32,000 bases of DNA from Pseudomonas aeruginosa (GTDB lineage: Bacteria > Pseudomonadota > Gammaproteobacteria > Pseudomonadales > Pseudomonadaceae): assembly GCF_001457615.1 (NCBI RefSeq), contig NZ_LN831024.1, positions 750,001 to 782,000 of the forward strand, written 5' to 3'. Positions 1 through 9,851 of this stretch are shown one piece after another. Position 1 is the first letter of the stretch. The number at the start of each line of letters is the position of its first letter. Position numbers and translations under genes: made by a program. The notes beneath the pieces are model-generated. The model searched no databases. It saw only the letters and a list, made by a program, of their open reading frames with translations, and was not told the origin of the DNA.

Positions 1-3000
1 CCGCCAGCCGCGCACCCGGCGCCTGGCATTCCAGCTTTCCGCCGGCGAGAGCCGGCGCCTGGAGCGTCTTGCCGCGCAGCATGGCGTGACCTTGTCCAGC
101 GTGTTCGGCTGCGCCTTCGCGCTGGTCCTGGCGCGCTGGAGCGAAAGCGCGGAATTTCTCCTCAACGTGCCGTTGTTCGATCGGCATGCCGACGACCCGC
201 GTATCGGCGAGGTGATCGCCGACTTCACCACCCTGTTGCTGCTGGAGTGCCGGATGCAGGCCGGGGTGTCCTTCGCCGAGGCGGTGAAGAGCTTCCAGCG
301 CAACCTCCACGGAGCCATCGACCACGCCGCATTCCCCGCCCTGGAGGTGCTCCGCGAGGCGCGCCGGCAGGGCCAGCCACGCTCGGCGCCGGTGGTGTTC
401 GCCAGCAACCTGGGCGAGGAGGGCTTCGTCCCGGCGGCCTTCCGCGACGCTTTCGGCGATCTCCACGACATGCTCTCGCAGACCCCGCAGGTCTGGCTCG
501 ACCACCAGCTCTACCGGGTGGGCGATGGTATCCTGCTGGCCTGGGACAGCGTCGTCGGCCTGTTCCCCGAAGGCCTGCCGGAAACCATGTTCGAAGCCTA
601 CGTGGGGCTGCTCCAGCGTCTCTGCGACAGCGCCTGGGAGCAGCCCGCCGATCTGCCGTTGCCCTGGGCGCAGCAGGCGCGCCGGGCCCTGCTCAACGGC
701 CAGCCGGCATGCGCCACGGCGCGCACCCTGCATCGCGACTTCTTCCTTCGCGCCGCCGAGGCGCCGGATGCCGACGCGCTGCTCTATCGCGACCAACGTG
801 TCACCCGCGGCGAACTGGCCGAGCGTGCGCTGCGCATCGCCGGCGGCCTGCGCGAAGCCGGGGTGCGCCCTGGCGACGCGGTCGAGGTCAGCCTGCCGCG
901 CGGACCGCAGCAGGTCGCGGCGGTATTCGGCGTGCTCGCCGCAGGCGCCTGCTACGTGCCGCTGGACATCGACCAGCCGCCCGCACGGCGGCGCCTGATC
1001 GAAGAGGCCGCCGGGGTATGCCTGGCGATCACCGAGGAGGACGATCCGCAGGCCTTGCCGCCGCGCCTGGATGTCCAGCGCCTGCTGCGCGGCCCGGCGC
1101 TGGCCGCCCCCGTGCCGCTGGCGCCGCAGGCGAGTGCCTATGTGATCTACACCTCGGGCTCCACCGGGGTGCCCAAGGGCGTCGAGGTCAGCCACGCGGC
1201 GGCGATCAATACCATCGACGCGCTGCTCGACCTGCTGCGGGTGGACGCATCGGACCGCTTGCTGGCGGTCTCCGCGCTGGACTTCGATCTGTCGGTCTTC
1301 GACCTGTTCGGCGGCCTCGGCGCCGGTGCCAGCCTGGTCCTGCCGGCCCAGGAACAGGCGCGCGATGCCGCTGCCTGGGCGGAGGCTATCCAGCGGCATG
1401 CGGTGAGCCTGTGGAACTCGGCGCCGGCCTTGCTGGAGATGGCCCTCAGCCTGCCGGCGAGCCAGGCCGACTATCGCAGTCTGCGGGCGGTGCTGCTGTC
1501 CGGCGACTGGGTGGCTCTGGACCTGCCCGGCCGCCTGCGCCCACGTTGTGCCGAAGGCTGCCGCCTGCATGTGCTGGGTGGCGCTACCGAAGCGGGCATC
1601 TGGTCGAACCTGCAGAGCGTCGATACGGTGCCGCCGCACTGGCGTTCGATTCCCTACGGCCGGCCATTGCCGGGACAGGCCTACCGGGTGGTCGACACCC
1701 ACGGGCGCGACGTGCCGGACCTGGTGGTCGGCGAGCTGTGGATCGGCGGCGCCAGCCTGGCCCGCAGCTATCGCAACGATCCCGAACTCAGCGCCCGGCG
1801 CTTCGTCCACGATGCCCAGGGCCGCTGGTATCGCACCGGCGATCGCGGTCGCTACTGGGGCGACGGTACCCTGGAATTCCTCGGTCGGGTCGACCAGCAG
1901 GTGAAAGTGCGCGGCCAGCGCATCGAGTTGGGCGAGGTGGAGGCCGCGCTGTGCGCCCAGGCTGGCGTGGAGAGCGCCTGCGCGGCGGTGCTCGGCGGTG
2001 GCGTGGCGAGCCTCGGCGCGGTGCTGGTACCGCGCCTGGCGCCACGGGCCGAAGGCTCCATGGAATTACCGGCCGCACAGCCCTTCGCCGGCCTGGCAGA
2101 GGCCGAGGCGGTACTCACCCGGGAAATCCTCGGCGCGCTGCTGGAGGCGCCGCTGGAGCTAGACGACGGTTTGCGCCGGCGCTGGCTGGACTGGCTAGCG
2201 GACTCCGCCGCCAGCGCGCTGCCGTCGCTCGACGAGGCGTTGCGCCGGCTCGGCTGGCAGGCCGCGGGGCTGACCGCGATGGGCAACGCTCTGCGCGGCC
2301 TGCTCGCCGGCGAACAGGCGCCGGCCGCGCTGCTCCTCGATCCCTGGCTGGCGCCGCAGGCGGTGGCCGCGCGCCTGCCGGACGGCCGCGAGGCCCTGGC
2401 GCGCCTGCTCGAAGCGCTGCCGACGCCGGCTGCCGGCGAACGCCTGCGGGTGGCGGTGCTGGATACCCGCGCCGGGCTCTGGCTCGACCAGGGCATGGCC
2501 TCGCTGTTGCGCCCGGGGCTGGAACTGACCCTCTTCGAACGCAGCCGCGTCCTCCTCGACGCCGCCGCCACCCGCTTGCCGGAACGGATCGTGGTGCAGG
2601 CGCTGGACGACGGCCTGCTACCTGCCGAGCACCTCGGTCGCTACGACCGGGTGATCAGCTTCGCCGCGCTGCACGCCTACGAGGCCAGCCGCGAAGGCCT
2701 GGCGCTGGCGGCGGCGCTGCTGCGCCCGCAGGGCCGCCTGTTGCTGGTGGACCTGCTATGCGAGTCGCCACTGGCGCTGCTCGGTGCGGCCTTGCTCGAC
2801 GACCGGCCGTTGCGCCTGGCGGAGTTGCCGAGCCTGTTGGCCGATCTCGCCGCTGCGGGACTGGCGCCGCGTTGCCTGTGGCGCAGCGAACGGCTCGCCC
2901 TGGTCGAGGCGCTGGCGCCGGGACTAGGGCTCGACGCCGCCGCGCTCCAGGCCGGCCTGGAGCAACGCCTGCCCCAGGCGATGCGGCCCGAACGCCTGTG

Positions 3001-3379
3001 GTGCCTGCCAAGCCTGCCGTTGAACGGCAATGGCAAGGTCGATCGTCGCCGCCTGGCCGAGAGCATGACCCGCGCACTCGGCGAGTGTCGTCACGAGCCC
3101 TCGGCGGAGGAGCCGCTGGAAGCCCATGAGCAAGCGCTGGCCGAGTGCTGGGAAGCGGTTCTCAAACGCCCGGTGCGTCGTCGCGAGGCGAGCTTCTTCA
3201 GCCTCGGCGGCGACAGCCTGCTGGCGACCCGCCTGCTGGCCGGCATACGTGAGCGTTTCGGCGTACGCCTGGGCATGGCCGACTTCTATCGCCAGCCGAC
3301 CCTGGCCGGTCTTGCCCGCCACTTGCAGGCGCAGACCGTCGAAATCGAGGAAACCCAACTGGAAGAGGGCGTGCTATGA
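1..3379 (+). CDS. pchE: Pyochelin NRPS PchE (dihydroaeruginoic acid synthetase), C-terminal ~1125 codons. The 5' end lies upstream of the window.
   Basis: The frame is open from nt 2 with no stop, ending at TGA 3377-3379. It carries the tail of a cyclization domain (..LERLAAQHGVTLSSVFGCAFALVLARW). Adenylation core motifs are AYVIYTSGSTGVPKGV (1136-1183), YRTGDRGRY, KVRGQRIELGEVE (from 1904) and NGNGKVDRR (3023-3049). The carrier motif FFSLGGDSL has its Ser codon at 3215-3217. About 370 aa are inserted between the KVRGQRIEL and NGNGKVDRR adenylation motifs. The stop overlaps the pchF ATG, and synteny with pchFGHI fits. Confidence 0.95.
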   Translation, partial: RQPRTRRLAFQLSAGESRRLERLAAQHGVTLSSVFGCAFALVLARWSESAEFLLNVPLFDRHADDPRIGEVIADFTTLLLLECRMQAGVSFAEAVKSFQRNLHGAIDHAAFPALEVLREARRQGQPRSAPVVFASNLGEEGFVPAAFRDAFGDLHDMLSQTPQVWLDHQLYRVGDGILLAWDSVVGLFPEGLPETMFEAYVGLLQRLCDSAWEQPADLPLPWAQQARRALLNGQPACATARTLHRDFFLRAAEAPDADALLYRDQRVTRGELAERALRIAGGLREAGVRPGDAVEVSLPRGPQQVAAVFGVLAAGACYVPLDIDQPPARRRLIEEAAGVCLAITEEDDPQALPPRLDVQRLLRGPALAAPVPLAPQASAYVIYTSGSTGVPKGVEVSHAAAINTIDALLDLLRVDASDRLLAVSALDFDLSVFDLFGGLGAGASLVLPAQEQARDAAAWAEAIQRHAVSLWNSAPALLEMALSLPASQADYRSLRAVLLSGDWVALDLPGRLRPRCAEGCRLHVLGGATEAGIWSNLQSVDTVPPHWRSIPYGRPLPGQAYRVVDTHGRDVPDLVVGELWIGGASLARSYRNDPELSARRFVHDAQGRWYRTGDRGRYWGDGTLEFLGRVDQQVKVRGQRIELGEVEAALCAQAGVESACAAVLGGGVASLGAVLVPRLAPRAEGSMELPAAQPFAGLAEAEAVLTREILGALLEAPLELDDGLRRRWLDWLADSAASALPSLDEALRRLGWQAAGLTAMGNALRGLLAGEQAPAALLLDPWLAPQAVAARLPDGREALARLLEALPTPAAGERLRVAVLDTRAGLWLDQGMASLLRPGLELTLFERSRVLLDAAATRLPERIVVQALDDGLLPAEHLGRYDRVISFAALHAYEASREGLALAAALLRPQGRLLLVDLLCESPLALLGAALLDDRPLRLAELPSLLADLAAAGLAPRCLWRSERLALVEALAPGLGLDAAALQAGLEQRLPQAMRPERLWCLPSLPLNGNGKVDRRRLAESMTRALGECRHEPSAEEPLEAHEQALAECWEAVLKRPVRRREASFFSLGGDSLLATRLLAGIRERFGVRLGMADFYRQPTLAGLARHLQAQTVEIEETQLEEGVL

Positions 3380-6300
3380 GCCTCGGCGAACTGCTGGAAA
3401 CCTGCCGCAGCCGGCGCATCGAACTCTGGAGCGAGGCGGGCCGCCTGCGCTATCGCGCCCCACAGGGCGCCCTCGACGCCGGCCTCGCCGAGCGCCTGCG
3501 GGCCGAGCGCGAGGCCCTGCTGGAACACCTGGAAGGCGGCCCTGGCTGGCGCGCCGAACCCGACCTGGCCCACCAGCGCTTCCCATTGACCCCGGTGCAG
3601 GCCGCCTACGTGCTGGGCCGCCAGGCGGCCTTCGACTACGGCGGTAACGCCTGCCAGCTGTACGCCGAGTACGACTGGCCGGTCGACACCGATCCGGCGC
3701 GCCTGGAGGCGGCCTGGAACGCCATGGTCGAGCGCCACCCGATGCTGCGCGCGGTGATCGAGGACAACGCCTGGCAGCGCGTGCTGCCCGAGGTGCCCTG
3801 GCAGCGGCTGACCGTGCATGCCTGCGCGGGGCTCGACGAGGCCGCTTTCCAGGCGCACCTGGAGCGGGTCCGCGAACGCCTCGACCACGCCTGCGCGGCA
3901 CTCGACCAGTGGCCGGTCCTGCGCCCCGAGCTGAGTATCGGCCGGGATGCCTGCGTACTGCACTGCTCGGTGGATTTCACCCTGGTCGACTACGCCAGCC
4001 TGCAATTGCTGCTTGGCGAATGGCGCCGCCGCTATCTCGATCCGCAATGGACGGCGGAACCGCTGGAGGCGACCTTCCGCGACTATGTCGGCGTCGAGCA
4101 GCGCCGACGCCAGTCGCCAGCCTGGCAGCGCGACCGCGACTGGTGGCTGGCGCGTCTCGACGCGCTACCGGGGCGTCCCGACCTGCCGCTGCGGGTGCAG
4201 CCGGACACCCGGTCCACGCGCTTCCGGCACTTCCACGCGCGCCTCGACGAGGCCGCCTGGCAGGCGCTCGGCGCGCGCGCCGGCGAACACGGCCTGAGCG
4301 CTGCCGGCGTGGCCCTGGCGGCCTTCGCCGAGACCATCGGTCGCTGGAGCCAGGCACCGGCGTTCTGTCTCAACCTGACGGTACTCAACCGGCCGCCGCT
4401 GCATCCGCAGCTGGCGCAGGTGCTCGGTGACTTCACCGCGCTCAGCCTGCTGGCAGTGGACAGCCGCCACGGCGACAGTTTCGTCGAGCGTGCCCGACGC
4501 ATCGGCGAGCAGATGTTCGACGACCTCGACCACCCGACCTTCAGCGGCGTCGACCTGCTGCGCGAACTGGCGCGCCGGCGTGGTCGCGGCGCCGACCTGA
4601 TGCCGGTGGTGTTCACCAGTGGCATCGGCAGTGTGCAGCGCCTGCTCGGCGATGGCGAGGCGCCGCGCGCGCCACGCTACATGATCAGCCAGACCCCGCA
4701 GGTCTGGCTGGACTGCCAGGTCACCGACCAGTTCGGCGGCCTGGAGATCGGCTGGGACGTACGCCTCGGGTTGTTCCCCGAGGGCCAGGCGGAAGCCATG
4801 TTCGACGACTTCGTCGGGCTGCTCCGGCGCCTGGCGCAGAGCCCGCGCGCCTGGACCGACGGCGATGCCACGGAACCCGTCGAGGCGCCGCCGCAGGCGT
4901 TGCCCGGTAGTGCCCGGAGCATCGCCGCCGGTTTCGCCGAGCGTGCCCTGCTGACCCCCGACGCCACGGTGATCCACGATGCCGCCGGCAGCTACAGCTA
5001 CCGCCAGGTCGCCCAGCACGCCAGCGCCCTGCGCCGCGTCCTGGAAGCGCACGGCGCGGGCCGTGGCCGGCGGGTCGCGGTGATGCTGCCGAAAAGCGCC
5101 GCGCAATTGGTCGCGGTGATCGGCATCCTCCAGGCCGGCGCCGCCTATGTGCCGGTAGACATCCGCCAGCCTCCGCTGCGGCGCCAGGCGATCCTCGCCA
5201 GCGCCGAAGTGGTCGCGCTGGTTTGCCTGGAAAGCGATGTCCCGGACGTCGGCTGCGCCTGCGTGGCCATCGACCGGCTGGCCGCCGACAGCGCCTGGCC
5301 GCCACCGCACGCGGCGGAGGTGGCGGCGGACGACCTCGCCTACGTGATCTACACCTCCGGCTCCACCGGCACGCCCAAGGGCGTGATGCTCAGCCATGCG
5401 GCGGTGAGTAACACGCTGCTCGACATCAACCAGCGCTACGGCGTCGACGCCAACGACCGCGTCCTCGGCCTCGCCGAGCTGAGCTTCGACCTCTCGGTCT
5501 ACGACTTCTTCGGCGCCACCGCGGCGGGGGCCCAGGTGGTCCTGCCGGACCCGGCGCGCGGCAGCGATCCATCGCACTGGGCGGAACTGCTGGAACGCCA
5601 CGCCATCACCCTGTGGAACTCGGTGCCGGCCCAAGGCCAGATGCTCATCGATTACCTGGAGAGCGAGCCGCAACGTCACCTGCCGGGACCGCGCTGCGTG
5701 CTCTGGTCCGGTGACTGGATTCCGGTCAGCCTGCCGACCCGCTGGTGGCGGCGCTGGCCGGACAGCGCGCTGTTCAGCCTGGGCGGCGCCACCGAGGCGG
5801 CGATCTGGTCGATCGAGCAGCCGATCCGCCCGCAGCACACCGAGCTGGCCAGCATCCCTTATGGCCGTGCCCTGCGTGGGCAGAGCGTGGAAGTCCTGGA
5901 TGCCCGCGGGCGGCGCTGCCCGCCGGGCGTGCGCGGCGAGATCCATATCGGCGGGGTGGGCCTGGCGCTCGGCTACGCCGGCGATCCGCAGCGCACCGCC
6001 GAACGCTTCGTCCGTCACCCCGATGGCCGTCGCCTGTATCGCACCGGCGACCTCGGCCGCTACCTGGCCGACGGCAGCATCGAGTTCCTCGGCCGCGAGG
6101 ACGACCAGGTGAAGATTCGCGGCCACCGCATCGAACTGGCCGAACTGGACGCCGCGCTGTGCGCTCATCCGCAGGTCAACCTGGCGGCCACCGTGGTGCT
6201 CGGCGAGACCCACGAGCGCAGCCTGGCCAGCTTCGTCACCCTGCATGCGCCGGTGGAGGCTGGCGAGGATCCGCGTACGGCGCTCGACGCGGTGCGCCAG

Positions 6301-8805
6301 CGGGCGGCCCAGGCCTTGCGCCGCGACTGGGGCAGCGAGGAGGGCATCGCCGCGGCGGTGGCCGCACTCGACCGTGCCTGCCTCGCCTCGTTGGCCGCCT
6401 GGCTGGCCGGCAGCGGTCTGTTCGCCAGTGCGACGCCGCTGGACTTCGCCACCCTGTGCCAGCGCCTGGGTATCGCCGAGGCGCGCCAGCGCCTGCTGCG
6501 CCACTGGTTGCGCCAGCTGGAGGAGGGCGGCTACCTGCGCGCCGAGGGCGAGGGCTGGCTGGGCTGCGCCGAGCGTCCCGCGCAGAGTCCGGAGGACGCC
6601 TGGACGGCGTTCGCCGGCTGCGCGCCGGCGGCGCTCTGGCCGGCCGAGCTGGTCGCCTACCTGCGTGACAGCGCGCAATCCCTCGGCGAGCAACTGGCCG
6701 GGCGGATCAGCCCGGCGGCGCTGATGTTCCCGCAGGGCTCGGCGCGCATCGCCGAGGCCATGTACAGCCAGGGCCTGCATGCCCAGGCGCTGCACGAGGC
6801 CATGGCCGAGGCCATCGCCGCCATCGTCGAGCGCCAGCCGCAACGGCGCTGGCGCCTGCTGGAGCTTGGCGCCGGCACCGCCGCCGCCAGCCGTGCGGTG
6901 ATCGCCCGGTTGGCGCCGCTGGTGCAGCGAGGGGCGGAGGTGGACTACCTGTTCACCGACGTTTCCAGCTACTTCCTCGCCGCAGCCCGCGAGCGCTTCG
7001 TCGACCAGCCGTGGGTACGCTTCGGCCGCTTCGACATGAACGGCGATCTTCTCGACCAGGGCGTGGCGCCGCACTCGGTGGATATCCTGCTCAGCTCCGG
7101 GGCCTTGAACAACGCGCTGGACACCCCGGCGCTGCTGGCCGGCCTGCGCGAGTTGCTGAGCGCCGACGCCTGGCTGGTGATCCAGGAACTGACGCGCGAG
7201 CACAACGAGATCAGTGTCAGCCAGAGCCTGATGATGGAGAACCCGCGCGACCTCCGCGACGAGCGCCGCCAACTGTTCGTCCACACCGGGCAATGGCTGG
7301 AGTGGCTGGCGGCACAGGGTGGCGACCTGGCTTGTGGGGTGGTGCCGCCGGGCAGCGCTCTCGACCTGCTTGGCTACGATGTCCTGCTGGCTCGCTGCAA
7401 GACCGACCGCGCCCGCCTGGAGCCGGCCGAGCTGCTGGCCTTCGTCGAAGCGCGGGTGCCGCGCTACATGCTCCCGGCGCAGTTGCGCGTGCTCGAACGC
7501 CTGCCGGTCACCGGCAACGGCAAGATCGACCGCAAGGCCCTGACCGGCTTTGCCCGCCAGCCCCAGGCGGACCTTCGGCATGGCGTCGCGCAGGCACCGG
7601 CCGACGAACTGGAGAATGCGCTGCTGGCACTCTGGCGGGAGGTGCTGGACAACCCGTCGCTGGGCGTCGAGCAAGACTTCTTCGGGGCTGGCGGCGACTC
7701 GCTGTTGATCGCCCAGTTGATCGCCCGTTTGCGCGAACGACTGGAAAGCGCCCGTCGGCATCCGTTCGATCGCCTGCTACGCTGGGCGCTCAGCCAGCCG
7801 ACGCCGCGCGGCCTGGCCGAACGCCTGCGCAGCGCGCCGGAAGAGGGCCGTGGGCCAGCCCTGGCCGCGGCGCGCGGCGTCGCCCCGGCGCAGGCCGGCA
7901 TGTCGCGCGCACCGCTCGCCGAGGGCGCGGTGGCGCTCGACCCGCTGGTGCGCCTGGTGCCCGGCGAGGGCGTGCCGCGGGTGCTGGTCCACGAAGGCCT
8001 CGGCACGCTACTGCCGTACCGCCCGCTGCTTCGCGCCCTGGGTGAGGGGCGGCCGTTGCTGGGGCTGGCCGTGCATGACAGCGACGCCTACCTGGCGATC
8101 CCCGCCGAGCATCTCAACGCCTGCCTCGGCCGCCGCTACGCCGAGGCGCTCCATCGCGCCGGGCTGCGTGAGGTCGACCTGCTCGGCTACTGCTCCGGCG
8201 GGCTGGTCGCCCTGGAGACCGCCAAGTCCCTGGTCCAGCGCGGGGTGCGCGTGCGCCAACTGGATATCGTCTCCAGCTACCGGATTCCCTACCGGGTGGA
8301 CGACGAGCGCCTGCTGTTGTTCAGCTTCGCCGCGACCCTCGGCCTGGATACCGCGGCGCTCGGCTTCCCCGCGCCGGAACGTCTCGGCCAGGCGGTGCAG
8401 GCGGCGCTCGCGCAGACACCGGAGCGCCTGGTCGCCGAGGCGCTGGCGGGGCTGCCGGGCCTGGCCGATCTCGTCGCCCTGCGCGGCCGCGTGCTACAGG
8501 CGGCCAGCGGTAGCGCCGACGCCGCCAGCGTCGAACGCGACACCCTCTACCGACTGTTCTGTCACTCGGTGCGTGCCAGCCAGGCCGCGGCGCCGGAGCC
8601 CTACGTCGGCGCGCTGCGGCTGTTCGTGCCGGACGCCGGCAACCCATTGGTGCCGCGCTACGCCGAGGCCCTGGAGACCCAATGGCGGGCCGCCGCGCTC
8701 GGCGCGTGCGGCATCCACGAGGTGCCCGGCGGGCACTTCGACTGCCTGGGCGAAGCCCTGGCGCAATCCTTGTCGAAACCCATGCCAGAGGAGGCGAGCC
8801 GATGA
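3376..8805 (+). CDS. pchF: Pyochelin NRPS PchF (Cy-A[MT]-PCP-TE), 1809 aa
   Basis: ATG 3376 overlaps the pchE TGA (ATGA). Cyclization motif DxxxxDxxS = DFTLVDYAS (3973-3999). Adenylation motif AYVIYTSGSTGTPKGV (5338-5385). KIRGHRIEL starts at 6112 and GNGKIDRK at 7513, with a ~460-aa insert between them carrying SAM motif I LLELGAGT (6856-6879). PCP motif FFGAGGDSL has its Ser codon at 7699-7701. The C-terminal alpha/beta-hydrolase TE has GYCSGG (8185-8202) and GGHFD near the end. The length matches the known 1809-aa PchF. Confidence 0.97.
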   Translation: MSLGELLETCRSRRIELWSEAGRLRYRAPQGALDAGLAERLRAEREALLEHLEGGPGWRAEPDLAHQRFPLTPVQAAYVLGRQAAFDYGGNACQLYAEYDWPVDTDPARLEAAWNAMVERHPMLRAVIEDNAWQRVLPEVPWQRLTVHACAGLDEAAFQAHLERVRERLDHACAALDQWPVLRPELSIGRDACVLHCSVDFTLVDYASLQLLLGEWRRRYLDPQWTAEPLEATFRDYVGVEQRRRQSPAWQRDRDWWLARLDALPGRPDLPLRVQPDTRSTRFRHFHARLDEAAWQALGARAGEHGLSAAGVALAAFAETIGRWSQAPAFCLNLTVLNRPPLHPQLAQVLGDFTALSLLAVDSRHGDSFVERARRIGEQMFDDLDHPTFSGVDLLRELARRRGRGADLMPVVFTSGIGSVQRLLGDGEAPRAPRYMISQTPQVWLDCQVTDQFGGLEIGWDVRLGLFPEGQAEAMFDDFVGLLRRLAQSPRAWTDGDATEPVEAPPQALPGSARSIAAGFAERALLTPDATVIHDAAGSYSYRQVAQHASALRRVLEAHGAGRGRRVAVMLPKSAAQLVAVIGILQAGAAYVPVDIRQPPLRRQAILASAEVVALVCLESDVPDVGCACVAIDRLAADSAWPPPHAAEVAADDLAYVIYTSGSTGTPKGVMLSHAAVSNTLLDINQRYGVDANDRVLGLAELSFDLSVYDFFGATAAGAQVVLPDPARGSDPSHWAELLERHAITLWNSVPAQGQMLIDYLESEPQRHLPGPRCVLWSGDWIPVSLPTRWWRRWPDSALFSLGGATEAAIWSIEQPIRPQHTELASIPYGRALRGQSVEVLDARGRRCPPGVRGEIHIGGVGLALGYAGDPQRTAERFVRHPDGRRLYRTGDLGRYLADGSIEFLGREDDQVKIRGHRIELAELDAALCAHPQVNLAATVVLGETHERSLASFVTLHAPVEAGEDPRTALDAVRQRAAQALRRDWGSEEGIAAAVAALDRACLASLAAWLAGSGLFASATPLDFATLCQRLGIAEARQRLLRHWLRQLEEGGYLRAEGEGWLGCAERPAQSPEDAWTAFAGCAPAALWPAELVAYLRDSAQSLGEQLAGRISPAALMFPQGSARIAEAMYSQGLHAQALHEAMAEAIAAIVERQPQRRWRLLELGAGTAAASRAVIARLAPLVQRGAEVDYLFTDVSSYFLAAARERFVDQPWVRFGRFDMNGDLLDQGVAPHSVDILLSSGALNNALDTPALLAGLRELLSADAWLVIQELTREHNEISVSQSLMMENPRDLRDERRQLFVHTGQWLEWLAAQGGDLACGVVPPGSALDLLGYDVLLARCKTDRARLEPAELLAFVEARVPRYMLPAQLRVLERLPVTGNGKIDRKALTGFARQPQADLRHGVAQAPADELENALLALWREVLDNPSLGVEQDFFGAGGDSLLIAQLIARLRERLESARRHPFDRLLRWALSQPTPRGLAERLRSAPEEGRGPALAAARGVAPAQAGMSRAPLAEGAVALDPLVRLVPGEGVPRVLVHEGLGTLLPYRPLLRALGEGRPLLGLAVHDSDAYLAIPAEHLNACLGRRYAEALHRAGLREVDLLGYCSGGLVALETAKSLVQRGVRVRQLDIVSSYRIPYRVDDERLLLFSFAATLGLDTAALGFPAPERLGQAVQAALAQTPERLVAEALAGLPGLADLVALRGRVLQAASGSADAASVERDTLYRLFCHSVRASQAAAPEPYVGALRLFVPDAGNPLVPRYAEALETQWRAAALGACGIHEVPGGHFDCLGEALAQSLSKPMPEEASR

Positions 8806-9851
8806 GCGACGTCCGTTCCGTGGTGGTCGCCGGTTCCCGGTTCGGCCAGTTCTATGCCGCCGGCGTCGCCGCCGATCCGCGCTTCGTCCTGCGCGGCATC
8901 CTTGGCCAGGGCAGCCGGCGTTCGCGGGCGTTGGCCGAGCGCCTCGGGGTGGAGACCTGGTGCGAGGTCGAGGCGTTGCCCGACGATGTCCGCCTGGCCT
9001 GCGTCGCGGTCGGCGGCGCGGCACGCGGCGAGCAGGGCCCGGCGCTGGCCGAGGCGCTGATGGCGCGTGGCATCGACGTGCTGATCGAGCATCCGTTGCT
9101 GCCGCGCGAATGGCAGGACCTGCTGCGCAGCGCCGAGCGCCTGGGCCGGCGCTGCCTGCTCAACACCTTCTATCCGCAGTTGCCGGCGGTGGCGCGTTTC
9201 ATCGAGCTGGGCCGCCAGTTGCATCGCCGGCGCGGCATCCGCCACCTGGACGCGGCCTGCGGGGTGCAGGTCGGTTTCGCCACCCTGGACATCCTCGCCG
9301 CGTTGCTGGAGGGCGTCGGCCCCTGGTCGCTGGAGTCGCCCTCGAACGACCTGTCGGCGATGCGCGGGCTGTCCCTGGTGCTGGCGGAAGTGCCGTTGAG
9401 CCTGCACGTGCTCAACGAACTGGCGGCCGCCGACGACGGGCGCATGACCTTGTTGCAGCGCGTCAGCCTGACCACCGATCGCGGCACGCTGAGCCTGCTC
9501 AGCCCCCATGGCCCGTTGTTGTGGACGCCTGCGGTGGCGGTACCGGCAGAGGATGACGACGGCCTGTTCGCGCTGTTCGACGAGATAGCCGGCGAACCGC
9601 TGCCCAGCGCCCAGCTCTGGTATGCCGAACCGTGCAGCTGGGCCCAGGTGCACCAGCGCCTGTGGCCGGCGGCGGCGGCCGAGGCGCTGGCGCTGCTCGC
9701 CAACGGCGACGAGGTGCGCCGGCGCAACCAGCGCAGCCTGGAGGTCGCCGCCCTGTGGCAGCGGATCGGCGAGCGCCTTGGCTTCCCCGAGGCGCCGCCG
9801 GCGTCGCTGGCGCCGGCGAGCCTGGAACAGGTGCTGGAGCAAGCCTCGTGA
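8802..9851 (+). CDS. pchG: PchG, NADPH-dependent thiazoline reductase of pyochelin synthesis, 349 aa
   Basis: ATG 8802 overlaps the pchF TGA 8803-8805 (ATGA). The N-terminus MSDVRSVVVAGSRFGQFYAAG looks like a Rossmann-type oxidoreductase start. The 349-aa length and its position between pchF and pchH match PchG. The ORF-track start at 8682 would overlap pchF by 124 nt and was not used. Confidence 0.9.
   Translation: MSDVRSVVVAGSRFGQFYAAGVAADPRFVLRGILGQGSRRSRALAERLGVETWCEVEALPDDVRLACVAVGGAARGEQGPALAEALMARGIDVLIEHPLLPREWQDLLRSAERLGRRCLLNTFYPQLPAVARFIELGRQLHRRRGIRHLDAACGVQVGFATLDILAALLEGVGPWSLESPSNDLSAMRGLSLVLAEVPLSLHVLNELAAADDGRMTLLQRVSLTTDRGTLSLLSPHGPLLWTPAVAVPAEDDDGLFALFDEIAGEPLPSAQLWYAEPCSWAQVHQRLWPAAAAEALALLANGDEVRRRNQRSLEVAALWQRIGERLGFPEAPPASLAPASLEQVLEQAS

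Noticed and set aside
4165-7761. 1198-aa minus-strand ORF antisense to pchF
   Set aside because: Its composition is Arg/Ala/Gly/Pro/Gln-rich and low in complexity, with no recognisable domain. It lies exactly opposite a plus-strand frame carrying canonical NRPS motifs. Stop-poor antisense frames are expected in DNA this GC-rich.
8682-9851. Longer N-terminal extensions offered by the ORF track (pchG from 8682, pchH from 9632, fptC from 15710, phzE1 to 23711, phzC1 to 25328, phzB1 to 25846, phzA1 to 26388)
   Set aside because: Each extension overlaps the preceding gene or lacks an SD. The internal starts give ATGA/GTGA coupling or a good SD, and they reproduce the known protein lengths.
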